A stretch of DNA of 64,000 nucleotides from Candidatus Methylomirabilota bacterium (GCA_035464095.1 DATHSO010000081.1:604-64603); one strand, 5' to 3'. Shown: positions 1 through 9,085, counted from the stretch's first letter. The notes: generated from the sequence alone by a model not told the origin. Numbers and translations are program-made.

Positions 1-99
1 CACCGTCCCTGCCGCTGTTCGCTGTTTGCTGTCCCTGCTCGCTCCTAAGTAACACCCCCGCGGACTTGGCCGGGGAGTTCTGCTGGAACCAGTGTTGTG

Positions 100-1953
100 T
101 TACTTCCCCGGTGTCTCCCCGGACAACAGGGGTGGGAGGCTGATTGCTGACCCTGATCGCTGATCGCTGCCGCTGCCGCTGCCGCTGATCGCTGCCCCTG
201 ATCGCTGCTGGGTGCCCGTTGGAGCCGCCTCGAGCCACCGCGCCCTCAGCTCGAGGAGCCGCGGGTGCTCGGGGGCCGCGGCGAGGCCCTGGTCGAGCCA
301 CCGGCCCGCCTCGTCCCAGCGGCCGAGCTGCAGGCAGGCCGAGGCGGCGACCACGGCCCCCTCGGGGGTGACGCCGTGGATCTCGGCGGCGGCGCGGGCG
401 TGCTCGAGGGCCTCGGCCGGGCGGTCCAGGGCGAGCAGGGCGGCGGCCAGGTTGTGGCGCGCGTCGAAAAGCCCGGGGGCGAGGGCGACGGCTTCGGCGT
501 AGCAGCGGGCGGCGGCCGGCAGGTCACCGGCCTCGACGTGGTGGTTGCCGAGCCACAGCCAGCCGTCGGGGGCGTCGGGCTGGAGCTCGATGGCGGCCCG
601 GGCCAGGCTCTCCTGGTTGTGGTAGACGGCGAGGGCGTGCTGGAGACCGAGGACCTGAAAGCCGAGGAAGACCACCGCCAGCAGCGCCGGCACCCATCCG
701 AGCCAGGGACGGCGTGCCGCCAGGACCGGCCGCGCGCGCGCGCCGAGCTCGGCCAGGGCGAGGGCGAGGAAGCCCCACGGCAGGTAGAGGTAGCGGCCGA
801 AGCCGCCCCAGCCGGGCACGGTGGCGATGAGGGCCACCGGGGCGAGCATGCACACCGTCACCGCGAGCGCGGTGGGCAGCAGCGGCGCCGTCCGGCGCAG
901 CCGCCAGGCGCCGGCGGCGAGCAGCAGCAGCGCTGCCGCGGCGGCGAGGCTCGCGGTCCAGCCCAGGTCCCGGTAGGCCCAGTAGAGCTGGCGGATGCCG
1001 ACGGGCTCCAGGGTGACGAGCGCCCGCAGGCCGTCGACGACCAGCACCGGCAGGTTGCGGACCGCGTCGAGCCGCTGGCCGCCGCCGCTGCCGGTGGCCT
1101 GGAGCCCGCCCAGGGCGGCGACCCGCAGGACCAGAAAGGCCGTGGCCGCGAGCCACGGCCCGACCAGGGCCCGCGGGCGGACGCCGCGCACCCGCCACAG
1201 GTAGACCGACACCGCGGGCAGGGCGGCGAGCACCGCCTCCTTGGCGAGCAGGCCGAGGAGCATGACCGCCCCGGCGGCCGCTGCGGCGGCGGCGACCCGA
1301 TCGCCGCGTCCCCACCGGTCGAGGATCAGGGCGGCGCCGAGCAGCCCCGCCGCCGCGAGGGGCTCGGACAGCGCCGACGCCCACAGGTAGGCCTCGGCGG
1401 TGACCGGGTGGACGGCGACGACGGCGAACACCGACGCCGCGGCGAGGTCGGAGCCGATGAAGCGCCGGGCCGCGGCCCACAGCAGCAGGCAGACCCCGAG
1501 GTGGGCGACGAGCACCGCCAGGTGGAACCAGAAGGGGTCGGCGCCGGCGCCGGCGTGGATCGCCCACAGGGCGACGAAGAACAGCGGCCGGTAGGTGTCG
1601 ACCCCGTCGGCGCCCCGGCCCTCCGAGCCGTAGGACTCCACCACGTTGAGGGCGAAGTAGCGGGCCGGGGCCGCCGGGTCGTCGATGGTCGGGGAGGCGA
1701 CGATCTGCTGGAGGTCGTCCCAGATGAAACCGGCGCCCAGGCCCGGCGCCAGGAGGGCGGCGGCGAGCACGGTCAGCAGTGCGGCCTGGAGCCAGGGCCG
1801 CGGGCCGAGCAGGCTGCCGGGGGTTCGTGGCGGGCGGCTCACCGGCCCCATTGTGGCAGGGTCTCGGGCGGCGGTGCCATAATTCCGGGGATGCCCCGTC
1901 ACCGCTCGGCCGAGAAGCCCCTCGTTCGGCCACCGACGCCGCCCCGGCCGCAC
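100..1953 (-). CDS. Polytopic membrane glycosyltransferase (PMT_2/GT39- or TMTC-like) fused to C-terminal TPR repeats
   Basis: 617-aa ORF. The N-terminal two thirds are hydrophobic helices starting after a GFIWDD loop motif, typical of polyprenyl-phosphate-sugar dependent protein mannosyltransferase-like enzymes. The C-terminal third is TPR-like (GDLPAAARCYAEAVALAP, RPAEALEHARAAAEI, GRWDEAGRWLDQGLAAAP). Start is uncertain: GTG 1953 or ATG 1851 (MGPVSRPP). The last ~25 codons are encoded by a tandem array. Confidence 0.7.
   Translation of the reverse strand: MRPGRRRWPNEGLLGRAVTGHPRNYGTAARDPATMGPVSRPPRTPGSLLGPRPWLQAALLTVLAAALLAPGLGAGFIWDDLQQIVASPTIDDPAAPARYFALNVVESYGSEGRGADGVDTYRPLFFVALWAIHAGAGADPFWFHLAVLVAHLGVCLLLWAAARRFIGSDLAAASVFAVVAVHPVTAEAYLWASALSEPLAAAGLLGAALILDRWGRGDRVAAAAAAAGAVMLLGLLAKEAVLAALPAVSVYLWRVRGVRPRALVGPWLAATAFLVLRVAALGGLQATGSGGGQRLDAVRNLPVLVVDGLRALVTLEPVGIRQLYWAYRDLGWTASLAAAAALLLLAAGAWRLRRTAPLLPTALAVTVCMLAPVALIATVPGWGGFGRYLYLPWGFLALALAELGARARPVLAARRPWLGWVPALLAVVFLGFQVLGLQHALAVYHNQESLARAAIELQPDAPDGWLWLGNHHVEAGDLPAAARCYAEAVALAPGLFDARHNLAAALLALDRPAEALEHARAAAEIHGVTPEGAVVAASACLQLGRWDEAGRWLDQGLAAAPEHPRLLELRARWLEAAPTGTQQRSGAAISGSGSGSDQRSGSAISLPPLLSGETPGK
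141..207. repeat. Mosaic tandem array of 6/7-nt units (TGATCGC)2(TGCCGC)3 TGATCGC TGCCCC TGATCGC
   Basis: Read directly: ...tgattgctgaccc tgatcgc tgatcgc tgccgc tgccgc tgccgc tgatcgc tgcccc tgatcgc tg. It lies in the 3' end of the 100..1953 ORF, where it translates as SGSGSGSDQRSGSAIS. A similar CTG-rich array occupies 1-45. Confidence 0.8.
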
Positions 1954-1970
1954 CGCGCGTGGGGTGACCG

Positions 1971-2924
1971 GTGACGGCCGCCATCGGCGCGGTCGTCGTC
2001 AGCCACCAGTCCGCCGCCGACCTCCCGACCTGCCTCCGCGCGCTGCTCGCGGCGGACATCGACCGTATCCTGGTGGTCGACAACGCCTCCACCGACGAGT
2101 CCTCGGAGATCGCGACCCGGTTGGCCGGCGCCGGCATCGAGCTGCTGGCGCTCGAGCGCAACACCGGCTTCGCCGGCGGCTGCAACCGCGGCTTCGCGGC
2201 GCTGGCGGGGGACTGCGAGGCGATCGCGGTCCTCAACCCCGACGTCCGGGTCCAACCGAGCTGCCTGCGCCTAGCCGGGGACGTCCTGACGGCCGACGAC
2301 GGCCTCGCGGCGGTGGCGCCGCGGCTCATGCGCCCCGACGGGCTCACCGTCGACAGCGTCGGCCAGGTTCTGCACCCCCTGACCCTCGAGGTCCGCGACC
2401 GTGGCTACGGCCGGCCGATCTCGAACGCGCTCATGCGCCGCCGGCCGGTGCTCGCCCCGTGCGGGGCGCTGGCCGTGTTCCGCCGCGACGCCCTGGCCGC
2501 GGTGGCGACCGCGGACGGCCCGTGGGCCGAGCCCTTTTTCTGCTTCTGGGAGGACCTGGAGCTCGGCTGGCGGCTGGTCAACGCCGGCTACCGGGTCGAG
2601 ACCCTGCCCCACTCGGTGGCGGTGCACCGCCGCGGCGCCGGCGCCGCCGACGGGTCGGGCCCGCTGCGCTGGCGGCGGCCGGTGGAGCTCGAGGCCTGTG
2701 TCGTCAGCAACCGCTGGATGACCCTGGTCCGGCACCTGCACGGCCTTGATCTGGCGGTGCGGCTGCCCCTACTCTTGAGCTGGGACCTGGCGCTGGCCGC
2801 CCTCGGGGCGATGAGGCGCCCGGCCCTGGTGCGGGCCATCGCCCGGCGGTGGCCGCTGGTTGTGCAGGAGTGGCGCTCGCGGGGGGGCCGCTCTCGTCGG
2901 AGGCTGGCCGAGCTGCCATGGTGA
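1971..2924 (+). CDS. Family 2 (GT-A fold) glycosyltransferase
   Basis: 317 aa. The N-terminal VVVSHQSAADLPTCLRALL..ILVVDNASTDES..ERNTGFAGGCNRGF is the classic GT2 signature. GTG start, divergent from the upstream gene. Confidence 0.85.
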   Translation: MTAAIGAVVVSHQSAADLPTCLRALLAADIDRILVVDNASTDESSEIATRLAGAGIELLALERNTGFAGGCNRGFAALAGDCEAIAVLNPDVRVQPSCLRLAGDVLTADDGLAAVAPRLMRPDGLTVDSVGQVLHPLTLEVRDRGYGRPISNALMRRRPVLAPCGALAVFRRDALAAVATADGPWAEPFFCFWEDLELGWRLVNAGYRVETLPHSVAVHRRGAGAADGSGPLRWRRPVELEACVVSNRWMTLVRHLHGLDLAVRLPLLLSWDLALAALGAMRRPALVRAIARRWPLVVQEWRSRGGRSRRRLAELPW

Positions 2925-3922
2925 TCGAGCTCCTGCTCGGGTTCTTCCTCGCCTACCTGCTGGCGCTGGTGGGAACGCCCATGGCGCGCGAGGCGGCGAT
3001 CCGCTTCGGGGTCGTCGACCGGCCCGACGGCCGGCTCAAGAACCAGCGCGAGCCGGTGGCCTACCTGGGCGGGCTGGCGGTCTTCGTCGCCTTCCTGCTG
3101 TCGATCGGCATGACCTTCGAGTTCGACGAGGAGCTGCTGGCCATGCTCCTGGCCTCGACCATCGTCACCATGGTCGGTCTGATCGACGACTTCGGCGCCC
3201 TGACCCCGGGGCCCAAGGCCGTCGGCCAGGCGGTGGCGGTCTTCGTCCTGCTCAAGGCCGGGGTCACCCTGCACCTCATCTTCCTGCCGTGGTGGGCGCG
3301 CATCCTGCTCACCGTGATCTGGCTGGTGGGCCTGTCCAACGCCTTCAACCTGAGCGACATCATGGACGGCCTGGCGAGCGGGCTCGGGGTCATCGCCGGC
3401 ACCTTCCTGCTGGTGGTCGCCCTGGCCAACGGCCGGCTGGTGGTGGCCTTCTTCACGGTCGCCCTGATCGGCGCCCTGCTCGGCTTCCTGCGCTTCAACT
3501 TCCACCCGGCGGTGATCTACCTGGGCGACTGCGGCAGCCTGTTCATCGGCCTCACCCTGGGCGCGCTCGCCATGGTCATGGACTACACCGACCACAACCC
3601 CCTGGGCTTCCTGGCGCCCCTGTTCTTCCTCGCCCTGCCCATCGTCGACACCTTCTACGTGATGGTCCTGCGGGCGAGAGCGGGCCGCAGGATCTACCAC
3701 GGCAGCCCCGACCACATCCCGCTGCGGCTGCGCCGCCGGCTCGGCGGCTCCACGGTGCGCACCGTGGTGGCCTGCTACGGGGCGGCGGCGGTGCTCGGCG
3801 GCATCGGCCTGGTGATCCTGTCCCTCGACCCGGTCACCACCGTCTGGGTGGTCGGGGCCGTGGCGGTGGTGGTGCTGGCGATCCTGGTCTGGCTGGCCCG
3901 GGTCGACATGGAGGCCCGGTGA
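2918..3922 (+). CDS. Polyprenyl-phosphate sugar-1-phosphate transferase (MraY/WecA family, Pfam Glycos_transf_4)
   Basis: ATG 2918 overlaps the upstream stop (ATGGTGA). About 10 TM helices. Motifs GLIDD, NAFNLSDIMDGLASG and YLGDCGS are typical of this family. Confidence 0.85.
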   Translation: MVIELLLGFFLAYLLALVGTPMAREAAIRFGVVDRPDGRLKNQREPVAYLGGLAVFVAFLLSIGMTFEFDEELLAMLLASTIVTMVGLIDDFGALTPGPKAVGQAVAVFVLLKAGVTLHLIFLPWWARILLTVIWLVGLSNAFNLSDIMDGLASGLGVIAGTFLLVVALANGRLVVAFFTVALIGALLGFLRFNFHPAVIYLGDCGSLFIGLTLGALAMVMDYTDHNPLGFLAPLFFLALPIVDTFYVMVLRARAGRRIYHGSPDHIPLRLRRRLGGSTVRTVVACYGAAAVLGGIGLVILSLDPVTTVWVVGAVAVVVLAILVWLARVDMEAR

Positions 3923-5223
3923 GGGCGGTCGTCATCGGAGGCGGCCTGACCGGCCTGGTGGCCGGCGAGCGGCTGGCCGCTGGCGGCTGGGAGGTCCCGG
4001 TGCTGGAGCGCGAGGCCGAGCCGGGCGGGGCCTGCCGCAGCCTCGAGCGCGAGGGCTACGTCTTCGACCACACCGGCCACCTGCTCCACGTCGGCCGGCC
4101 CGAGACCGAGCGCTACCTCGCCGAGCTCGGCCTCTGGGATGAGCTCCGGGTCTGGGAGCGGCGGGCGGCGATCGTCATCGGCGGCCACGTCACCCCGTAC
4201 CCGGTCCAGATCCACACCCACGGCCTCGCCCCGGCGGTTCGGCGGGACTGCCTGCTCGGCTTCGTCCGGGCCTGGGCGGCGGCCCCCGAGCGGGAGCCCG
4301 CCAGCTTCCGCGACTGGGTGCTGGAGCGCTTCGGGACCGGCCTCGCCGAGCACTTCTTCTTCCCCTACAACCGCAAGCTCTACCGCGCCGAGCCGGAGGA
4401 GCTGGCCCTCGACTGGGTCGGCCGCTACGTGCCCAAGCCCGACCTGGAGCAGGTGGTCGACGGCGCCCTCGGCCTCCACGACGGCCGGGTCGGCTACAAC
4501 GCGGTCTTCCGCTACCCGGCGGCGGGCGGGATCCGGCTGCTGCCCGACCGGGTCGCCGAGCGGGTGCCCGACCTGCGCACCGGCACCGAGGTGGTCGCCG
4601 TCCACCTGGGCGAGCGCTGGCTCGAGACCGCCGCCGGCGAGCGCCTCGGCTTCGACGCCGCCCTCGCCACCGTGTCCCTGCCGTCGCTGATCGACATGGT
4701 CGTCGACCCCCTCCCCGACGAGGTGGCCGCCGCCCGCCGCGCCCTGCGCTGGGTGCGGGTCCTCAACCTCGCCCTCGGCGTTCGCGGCCCGGCGCCGGTC
4801 GAGGAGCACTGGCGCTACTTCCCGGACCCGGAGCTGCCCTACTACCGGGTCGGCTTCCCGTCCAACCACGGCCGGCTCGCCCCCGACGGCTGCCACACCG
4901 TGTCGGTAGAGGTGAGCCTCGACCCGGGGTCCGGCGACGTCGAGGCCGCGGCCGCCGCCTCGGAGGCGGCCCTGGTGGCAGGAGGCCTGCTCGACCCCGC
5001 GGCGGTCGAGGTCCGGCAGCTGACCATCGTCGACCCGGCCTACGTGGTCCACGACCACGCGCGGCCGCAGGCGGTGGCGGCCCTGCGGGGCCTCCTGCGC
5101 GGCCACGGGGTCCGGCTCGCGGGCCGCTGGGCGGAGTGGAAGTACTCGGCCATGGAGGACGCCATTCTCGACGGCACCGCGGCGGCCCGGCGGCTGGCCG
5201 AGGGCCGGGCGGGCTCCCCGTGA
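3919..5223 (+). CDS. FAD/NAD(P)-binding oxidoreductase (amine-oxidase / protoporphyrinogen-oxidase / UDP-galactopyranose-mutase-like fold)
   Basis: GTG 3919 overlaps the upstream stop (GTGA). N-terminal dinucleotide-binding motif VVIGGGLTGLVAGERLAAGGWEVPVLEREAEPGG. The rest of the long track ORF 2860..5223 is out-of-gene read-through. Confidence 0.8.
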   Translation: MRAVVIGGGLTGLVAGERLAAGGWEVPVLEREAEPGGACRSLEREGYVFDHTGHLLHVGRPETERYLAELGLWDELRVWERRAAIVIGGHVTPYPVQIHTHGLAPAVRRDCLLGFVRAWAAAPEREPASFRDWVLERFGTGLAEHFFFPYNRKLYRAEPEELALDWVGRYVPKPDLEQVVDGALGLHDGRVGYNAVFRYPAAGGIRLLPDRVAERVPDLRTGTEVVAVHLGERWLETAAGERLGFDAALATVSLPSLIDMVVDPLPDEVAAARRALRWVRVLNLALGVRGPAPVEEHWRYFPDPELPYYRVGFPSNHGRLAPDGCHTVSVEVSLDPGSGDVEAAAAASEAALVAGGLLDPAAVEVRQLTIVDPAYVVHDHARPQAVAALRGLLRGHGVRLAGRWAEWKYSAMEDAILDGTAAARRLAEGRAGSP

Positions 5224-6374
5224 CCGCGCCGATCCGGGTGCTCACCGCCATCACCCGGCTCGAGCTCGGGGGCGCCCAGCGGGTCGCCCTCCACACCGCG
5301 GCCCACCTCGACCGGGACGGCTTCGCCGCCGGGCTGGCCTGGGGCCCCGGCGACGTCCTCGACGGCGAGGCGAGGGCGCTGGCCGACCTGGCGCGCTACG
5401 AGATCGCCCACCTGGTGCGGCCGGTGGCGCCGGCCGCCGACCTCCGCGCCCTGGCCGGCCTGCGCCGGGCGATCCGCGACTTCCGGCCCGACGTGGTCCA
5501 CACCCACTCCTCCAAGGCCGGGGTGCTGGGCCGGCTGGCGGCCCGGCTGGAGCGGGTCCCGGTGGTGGTTCACACGGTGCACGGCTTCGGCTTCACGCCC
5601 CTGCAGCCGCCCCTCAAGCGGGCCGCCTTCCTGGCCGCCGAGCGCGCCGCCGCCCGCTGGACGAGCCACTTCGTGGTGGTGTCGGCGGTCAACCTGGAGC
5701 GCGGTATCGAGCTCGGCCTGTGGCCCCGTGAGCGAGCATCGGTGATCCGGGCCGGGGTCCGCCTCGACCGCTTCCGCGGGCGCGGCGACGGAGCCGCGGC
5801 CCGCGCCCGCCTCGGCCTGCCGGCGGCGGCGCCGGTCGTCACTCAGGTCGGCAACTTCAAGCCCCAGAAGGCGCCGCTGGACTTCGTCCGGGCGGCGGCA
5901 GCCATCGCCCGGCAGGTCCCCGAGGCCCACTTCGTGATGGTCGGGGACGGCCCCCTGCGGGGCGCCGCCGAGGCCCTCGCCGCCGAGCTCGGGATCGCCG
6001 ACCGGCTGCACTTTCCCGGGTGGTGGGACGACATTCCCGGCCTGCTGGCGGCGACCGCGGTGTCGGTGCTGTCGTCGCGCCACGAGGGCCTGCCGTGCTC
6101 GGTGGTGGAGTCCCTGGCCGCCGGGGTGCCGGTGGTGGCGACGGCGGTCGACGGCACCCCCGAGGTGGTCCGTCCCGGCGTCAACGGCGAGCTGGTGCCG
6201 CCGGGCGACGTCGAGGCCCTGGCCGCGGCGGTGGCCGGGCTCCTGACCGACGAGCCCCGGCGGCGCCGGGCCGCCGAGGTTGCCGCCGACGGGCTCGACG
6301 AGTACGACATCGACCGCATGGTCCGGGCCCTCGAGGAGCTCTACCGATGGTTGCTTGGTCCGAGCCGCTCGTGA
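5220..6374 (+). CDS. GT-B glycosyltransferase (Glycos_transf_1 / CAZy GT4-like)
   Basis: GTG 5220 overlaps the upstream stop. E-x7-E motif in SRHEGLPCSVVESLAAGVPVVAT. GT4-type N-terminus (LGGAQRVALHTA). Confidence 0.85.
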   Translation: MTAPIRVLTAITRLELGGAQRVALHTAAHLDRDGFAAGLAWGPGDVLDGEARALADLARYEIAHLVRPVAPAADLRALAGLRRAIRDFRPDVVHTHSSKAGVLGRLAARLERVPVVVHTVHGFGFTPLQPPLKRAAFLAAERAAARWTSHFVVVSAVNLERGIELGLWPRERASVIRAGVRLDRFRGRGDGAAARARLGLPAAAPVVTQVGNFKPQKAPLDFVRAAAAIARQVPEAHFVMVGDGPLRGAAEALAAELGIADRLHFPGWWDDIPGLLAATAVSVLSSRHEGLPCSVVESLAAGVPVVATAVDGTPEVVRPGVNGELVPPGDVEALAAAVAGLLTDEPRRRRAAEVAADGLDEYDIDRMVRALEELYRWLLGPSRS

Positions 6375-7120
6375 TCGCCTACGCCTTCGTCCTCGGGGCG
6401 GTGGTGGGCAGCTTTCTCAACGTGGTCATCCACCGGGTGCCCCGGCGGCGCTCCATCGTCCGCCCGGCCTCGGCCTGCCCGGCGTGCGGCGCCGCCATCG
6501 CCTGGTACGACAACCTGCCCATCGTGTCCTGGATCCTGCTGCGCGGCCGCTGCCGCCGCTGCGGCGGGCGGATCGCCCTGCGCTACCCCCTGGTGGAAGC
6601 CGCGGCCGGGGGGCTCGCGGTGCTCGGGGTGACGAGCTACGGCCTGGAGCCGGTGACCGTCGAGGTCGTGGTCTTCGCCTGGACCTCCCTGGCCCTCGGG
6701 CTGATCGACCTCGAGCACCAGATCCTGCCCGACGTCATGACCTACCCCGCCATCGCCTTCGGGCTCGGCTTCTCGTTCTTCGGGGGGCTGGTGCCCTTCG
6801 CCGACTCGGTGGCCGGGGCGGTGGTCGGCGCGGCCCTGCCGACCGCGGTCATCCTGCTCTACAAGTGGCTGCGCGGCATCGAGGGCATGGGCTGGGGTGA
6901 CGTCAAGTACCTGGCCGCCATCGGCGCGGTGGTGGGCCTGCACGGCTGCCTGATGGTGCTGGTGGTGGCGGCGGTCATGGGTGCCGCGGTCGGCATCGGC
7001 CTCATCGTGCTCGGCCGCGGCTCCGGCCGCACCGCCCTGCCCTTCGGCACGTTCCTGGCCGCGGCCGTGATCCTGTGGCTCTACCTGCCCGCCGGCTGGC
7101 GCTCGCTGCTGCCGCTGTAG
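6347..7120 (+). CDS. pilD: Prepilin peptidase (A24 family)
   Basis: N-terminal Cys pairs CPACG..CRRCG, multiple TM helices, catalytic-Asp motif GMGWGDVKYLAAIG. ATG 6347 overlaps the end of the upstream gene. Confidence 0.85.
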   Translation: MVAWSEPLVIAYAFVLGAVVGSFLNVVIHRVPRRRSIVRPASACPACGAAIAWYDNLPIVSWILLRGRCRRCGGRIALRYPLVEAAAGGLAVLGVTSYGLEPVTVEVVVFAWTSLALGLIDLEHQILPDVMTYPAIAFGLGFSFFGGLVPFADSVAGAVVGAALPTAVILLYKWLRGIEGMGWGDVKYLAAIGAVVGLHGCLMVLVVAAVMGAAVGIGLIVLGRGSGRTALPFGTFLAAAVILWLYLPAGWRSLLPL

Positions 7121-8469
7121 GCGGCGGCGACGGCGTCGGCGAGCTGCCGGTCCTGGTCGGGCCGAACCGTGCGCAGGTCCAGGAGCAGCTGGTCGTCGGC
7201 GAGACGGCCGATCACCGGCGGCGAGCCCGCGCGCAGGCGGTCGGCCAGGCCCTGGCCGCCGGGCACGGCGAGGCCGTAGCTCGGCATGGTCTCCCCGGGG
7301 GTGGTGCCGCCGCCGAGGGTCGCCTCCAGGGCGCGGCCGCTGGCCGGCACGCCCGCCTCCCGCAGCCGGCGGCCGAGGCGGCGGGCGCGACCCTTCAGGG
7401 CCGCCACCGAGGTCGACATCATGGCGTACAGCGGGATCTCCTCGAGCCGCCCGGCGTGGTGGGCGGCGAGCACCCGGTCCATGACCACGAGGGCGGTCTT
7501 GTCCGGCCGCAGGGCCCGGTACAGGGGGTGGCGGCCCAGCGGCTCGACCCAGTCCCTGCCCCCGACCACGATCCCGGCCTGGGGGCCGCCGAGCAGCTTG
7601 TCGCCCGAGAAGCACACCAGGTCGGCGCCGTCGGCCAGCAACCCGGCCACGGTCGGCTCCGGCGCCAGCCCCCAGCTGCGGAGGTCGTGCAGGCACCCCG
7701 AGCCCTGGTCGACGATCAGGGGCAGCCCGCGCTCGTGGGCCAGGGCCGCGAGCTCGGCGACGGTCGGCTCGGCGGTGAAACCGACGATCCGGAAGTTGGA
7801 GTGGTGCGCCACCATCAGCGCCGCCGTGTCGTCGCCGATCGCCGCCGCGTAGTCGCGGAGGTGGGTGCGGTTGGTGCTGCCGACCTCGACCAGGTGGCAC
7901 CCCGAGGCGGCCATCACCTCGGGCAGCCGGAACGAGCCGCCGATCTCGATCAGCTGGCCCCGCGACACGATGACCTGCCGGCCCCGGGCGTGGGCGCTGA
8001 GGATGAGCAGCAGGGCGGCGGCGTTGTTGTTGACCATCACCGCCGCCTCGGCGCTGCACACCGAGGCGATCCGCTCGCGCAGGGGAGCGAGGCGCTGGCC
8101 GCGTCCGCCGGCCTCCAGGTCGTACTCCAGGGCGAGGTATGATCCGAGGCGGGACAGTGGTTCGACGGGCAGCGGCGACCGGCCGAGGTTGGTGTGGATC
8201 AGCACCCCGGTGGCGTTGACCAGCTCCGGGTAGGCGGCCCGGGCGGCGCGGTCGAGGCGGTCGAGGACCAGCGCCTCGACATCGCCGCAGGCGGCGGCGA
8301 CCTCCTCGGGGGCGATGGCGCCTGCGGCGATGTCGCGGCGCAGCCCGTCGACCACCGACCGGCAGGCCGCCATCACCGGCGGGCGGCCGTGGCGCTCGAC
8401 GGCGGCGCGCAGGGACGGCAGCTCGAGCAGTCGATGGATGGCCGGGAGAGTGCGATACTGAGACTCCAC
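7081..8469 (-). CDS. selA: L-seryl-tRNA(Sec) selenium transferase
   Basis: Motifs NATGVLIHTNLGRSPL and the PLP-lysine motif FSGDKLLGGPQAG. GTG at 8469 gives 462 aa, a typical SelA length. The longer track ORF to 8727 would overlap the divergent gene. Confidence 0.9.
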   Translation of the reverse strand: MESQYRTLPAIHRLLELPSLRAAVERHGRPPVMAACRSVVDGLRRDIAAGAIAPEEVAAACGDVEALVLDRLDRAARAAYPELVNATGVLIHTNLGRSPLPVEPLSRLGSYLALEYDLEAGGRGQRLAPLRERIASVCSAEAAVMVNNNAAALLLILSAHARGRQVIVSRGQLIEIGGSFRLPEVMAASGCHLVEVGSTNRTHLRDYAAAIGDDTAALMVAHHSNFRIVGFTAEPTVAELAALAHERGLPLIVDQGSGCLHDLRSWGLAPEPTVAGLLADGADLVCFSGDKLLGGPQAGIVVGGRDWVEPLGRHPLYRALRPDKTALVVMDRVLAAHHAGRLEEIPLYAMMSTSVAALKGRARRLGRRLREAGVPASGRALEATLGGGTTPGETMPSYGLAVPGGQGLADRLRAGSPPVIGRLADDQLLLDLRTVRPDQDRQLADAVAAAYSGSSERQPAGR

Positions 8470-8521
8470 GGTGGCATTGTAGCCCACGGCTGCGGGCCGC
8501 CGCCGGCGACAGGGGGGTGGG

Positions 8522-9085
8522 ATGAACCTCGAGCGACGGATCGAGATGCTCGAGCGCGACCTCAAGGAGCAGGTGAAGAACTGGGAGCGGTTCTTCGCGG
8601 GCAGCCTGCGGGTGCCGCCCGAGATCGAGCGCGCCCGTCTCGCCCAGCGCCTGCGCGCCCTCGCCGAGCAGAACTTCACCCGCCGCGCCGACCAGTTCCG
8701 GGTCGAGCAGCTCCAGCACCGCTTCATGAGCTACTCCCAGAACTGGGAGCGGATGCTGCGCGAGCGCGAGGAGGGACGCCTGCCGGGCCGGGAGGCGCCG
8801 CAGCCGACCGTCACCCGTCCCGAGGTGGAGGAGGCCAACGGCCCCACCGTGACCTCCGTAGACTCCTCGGGACGCGGCTCGCTGTACGAGCGCTACGTCG
8901 ACGCCAAGCGGCAGCTAGGCCTCGACGTGCGGATGGGCCGCGACGAGTTCGACCGGCAGCTCGACCGCCAGCGCGCCGAGCTCGAGCGCAAGCTCGGCCG
9001 CCAGGTCCAGTTCGAGGTGCGGGTGGAGGATGGTAAGGTGAAGCTCGCCGCGCGCAAGGTGCGCCAACGGGGGACAGACTCATGA
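8522..9085 (+). CDS. Hypothetical charged/coiled-coil protein
   Basis: 187 aa with high third-position GC. N-terminus MNLERRIEMLERDLKEQVKNWERFF. ATGA overlap with the next gene. No family recognised with confidence. Confidence 0.6.
   Translation: MNLERRIEMLERDLKEQVKNWERFFAGSLRVPPEIERARLAQRLRALAEQNFTRRADQFRVEQLQHRFMSYSQNWERMLREREEGRLPGREAPQPTVTRPEVEEANGPTVTSVDSSGRGSLYERYVDAKRQLGLDVRMGRDEFDRQLDRQRAELERKLGRQVQFEVRVEDGKVKLAARKVRQRGTDS

Noticed and set aside
265-1974. Many very long ORFs on the opposite strand or in alternative frames of real genes. Examples: 265-1974 +, 524-2347 -, 6341-8719 -, 11222-13504 +, 13839-15602 -, 15617-17212 -, 17232-20186 +, 35562-39080 +, 53627-56749 -.
   Set aside because: Their translations are Arg/Pro/Gly/Ala-rich with no recognisable motifs. 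They fully overlap ORFs that carry clear family signatures. This is the typical stop-codon-poor shadow-ORF pattern in ~70% GC DNA.
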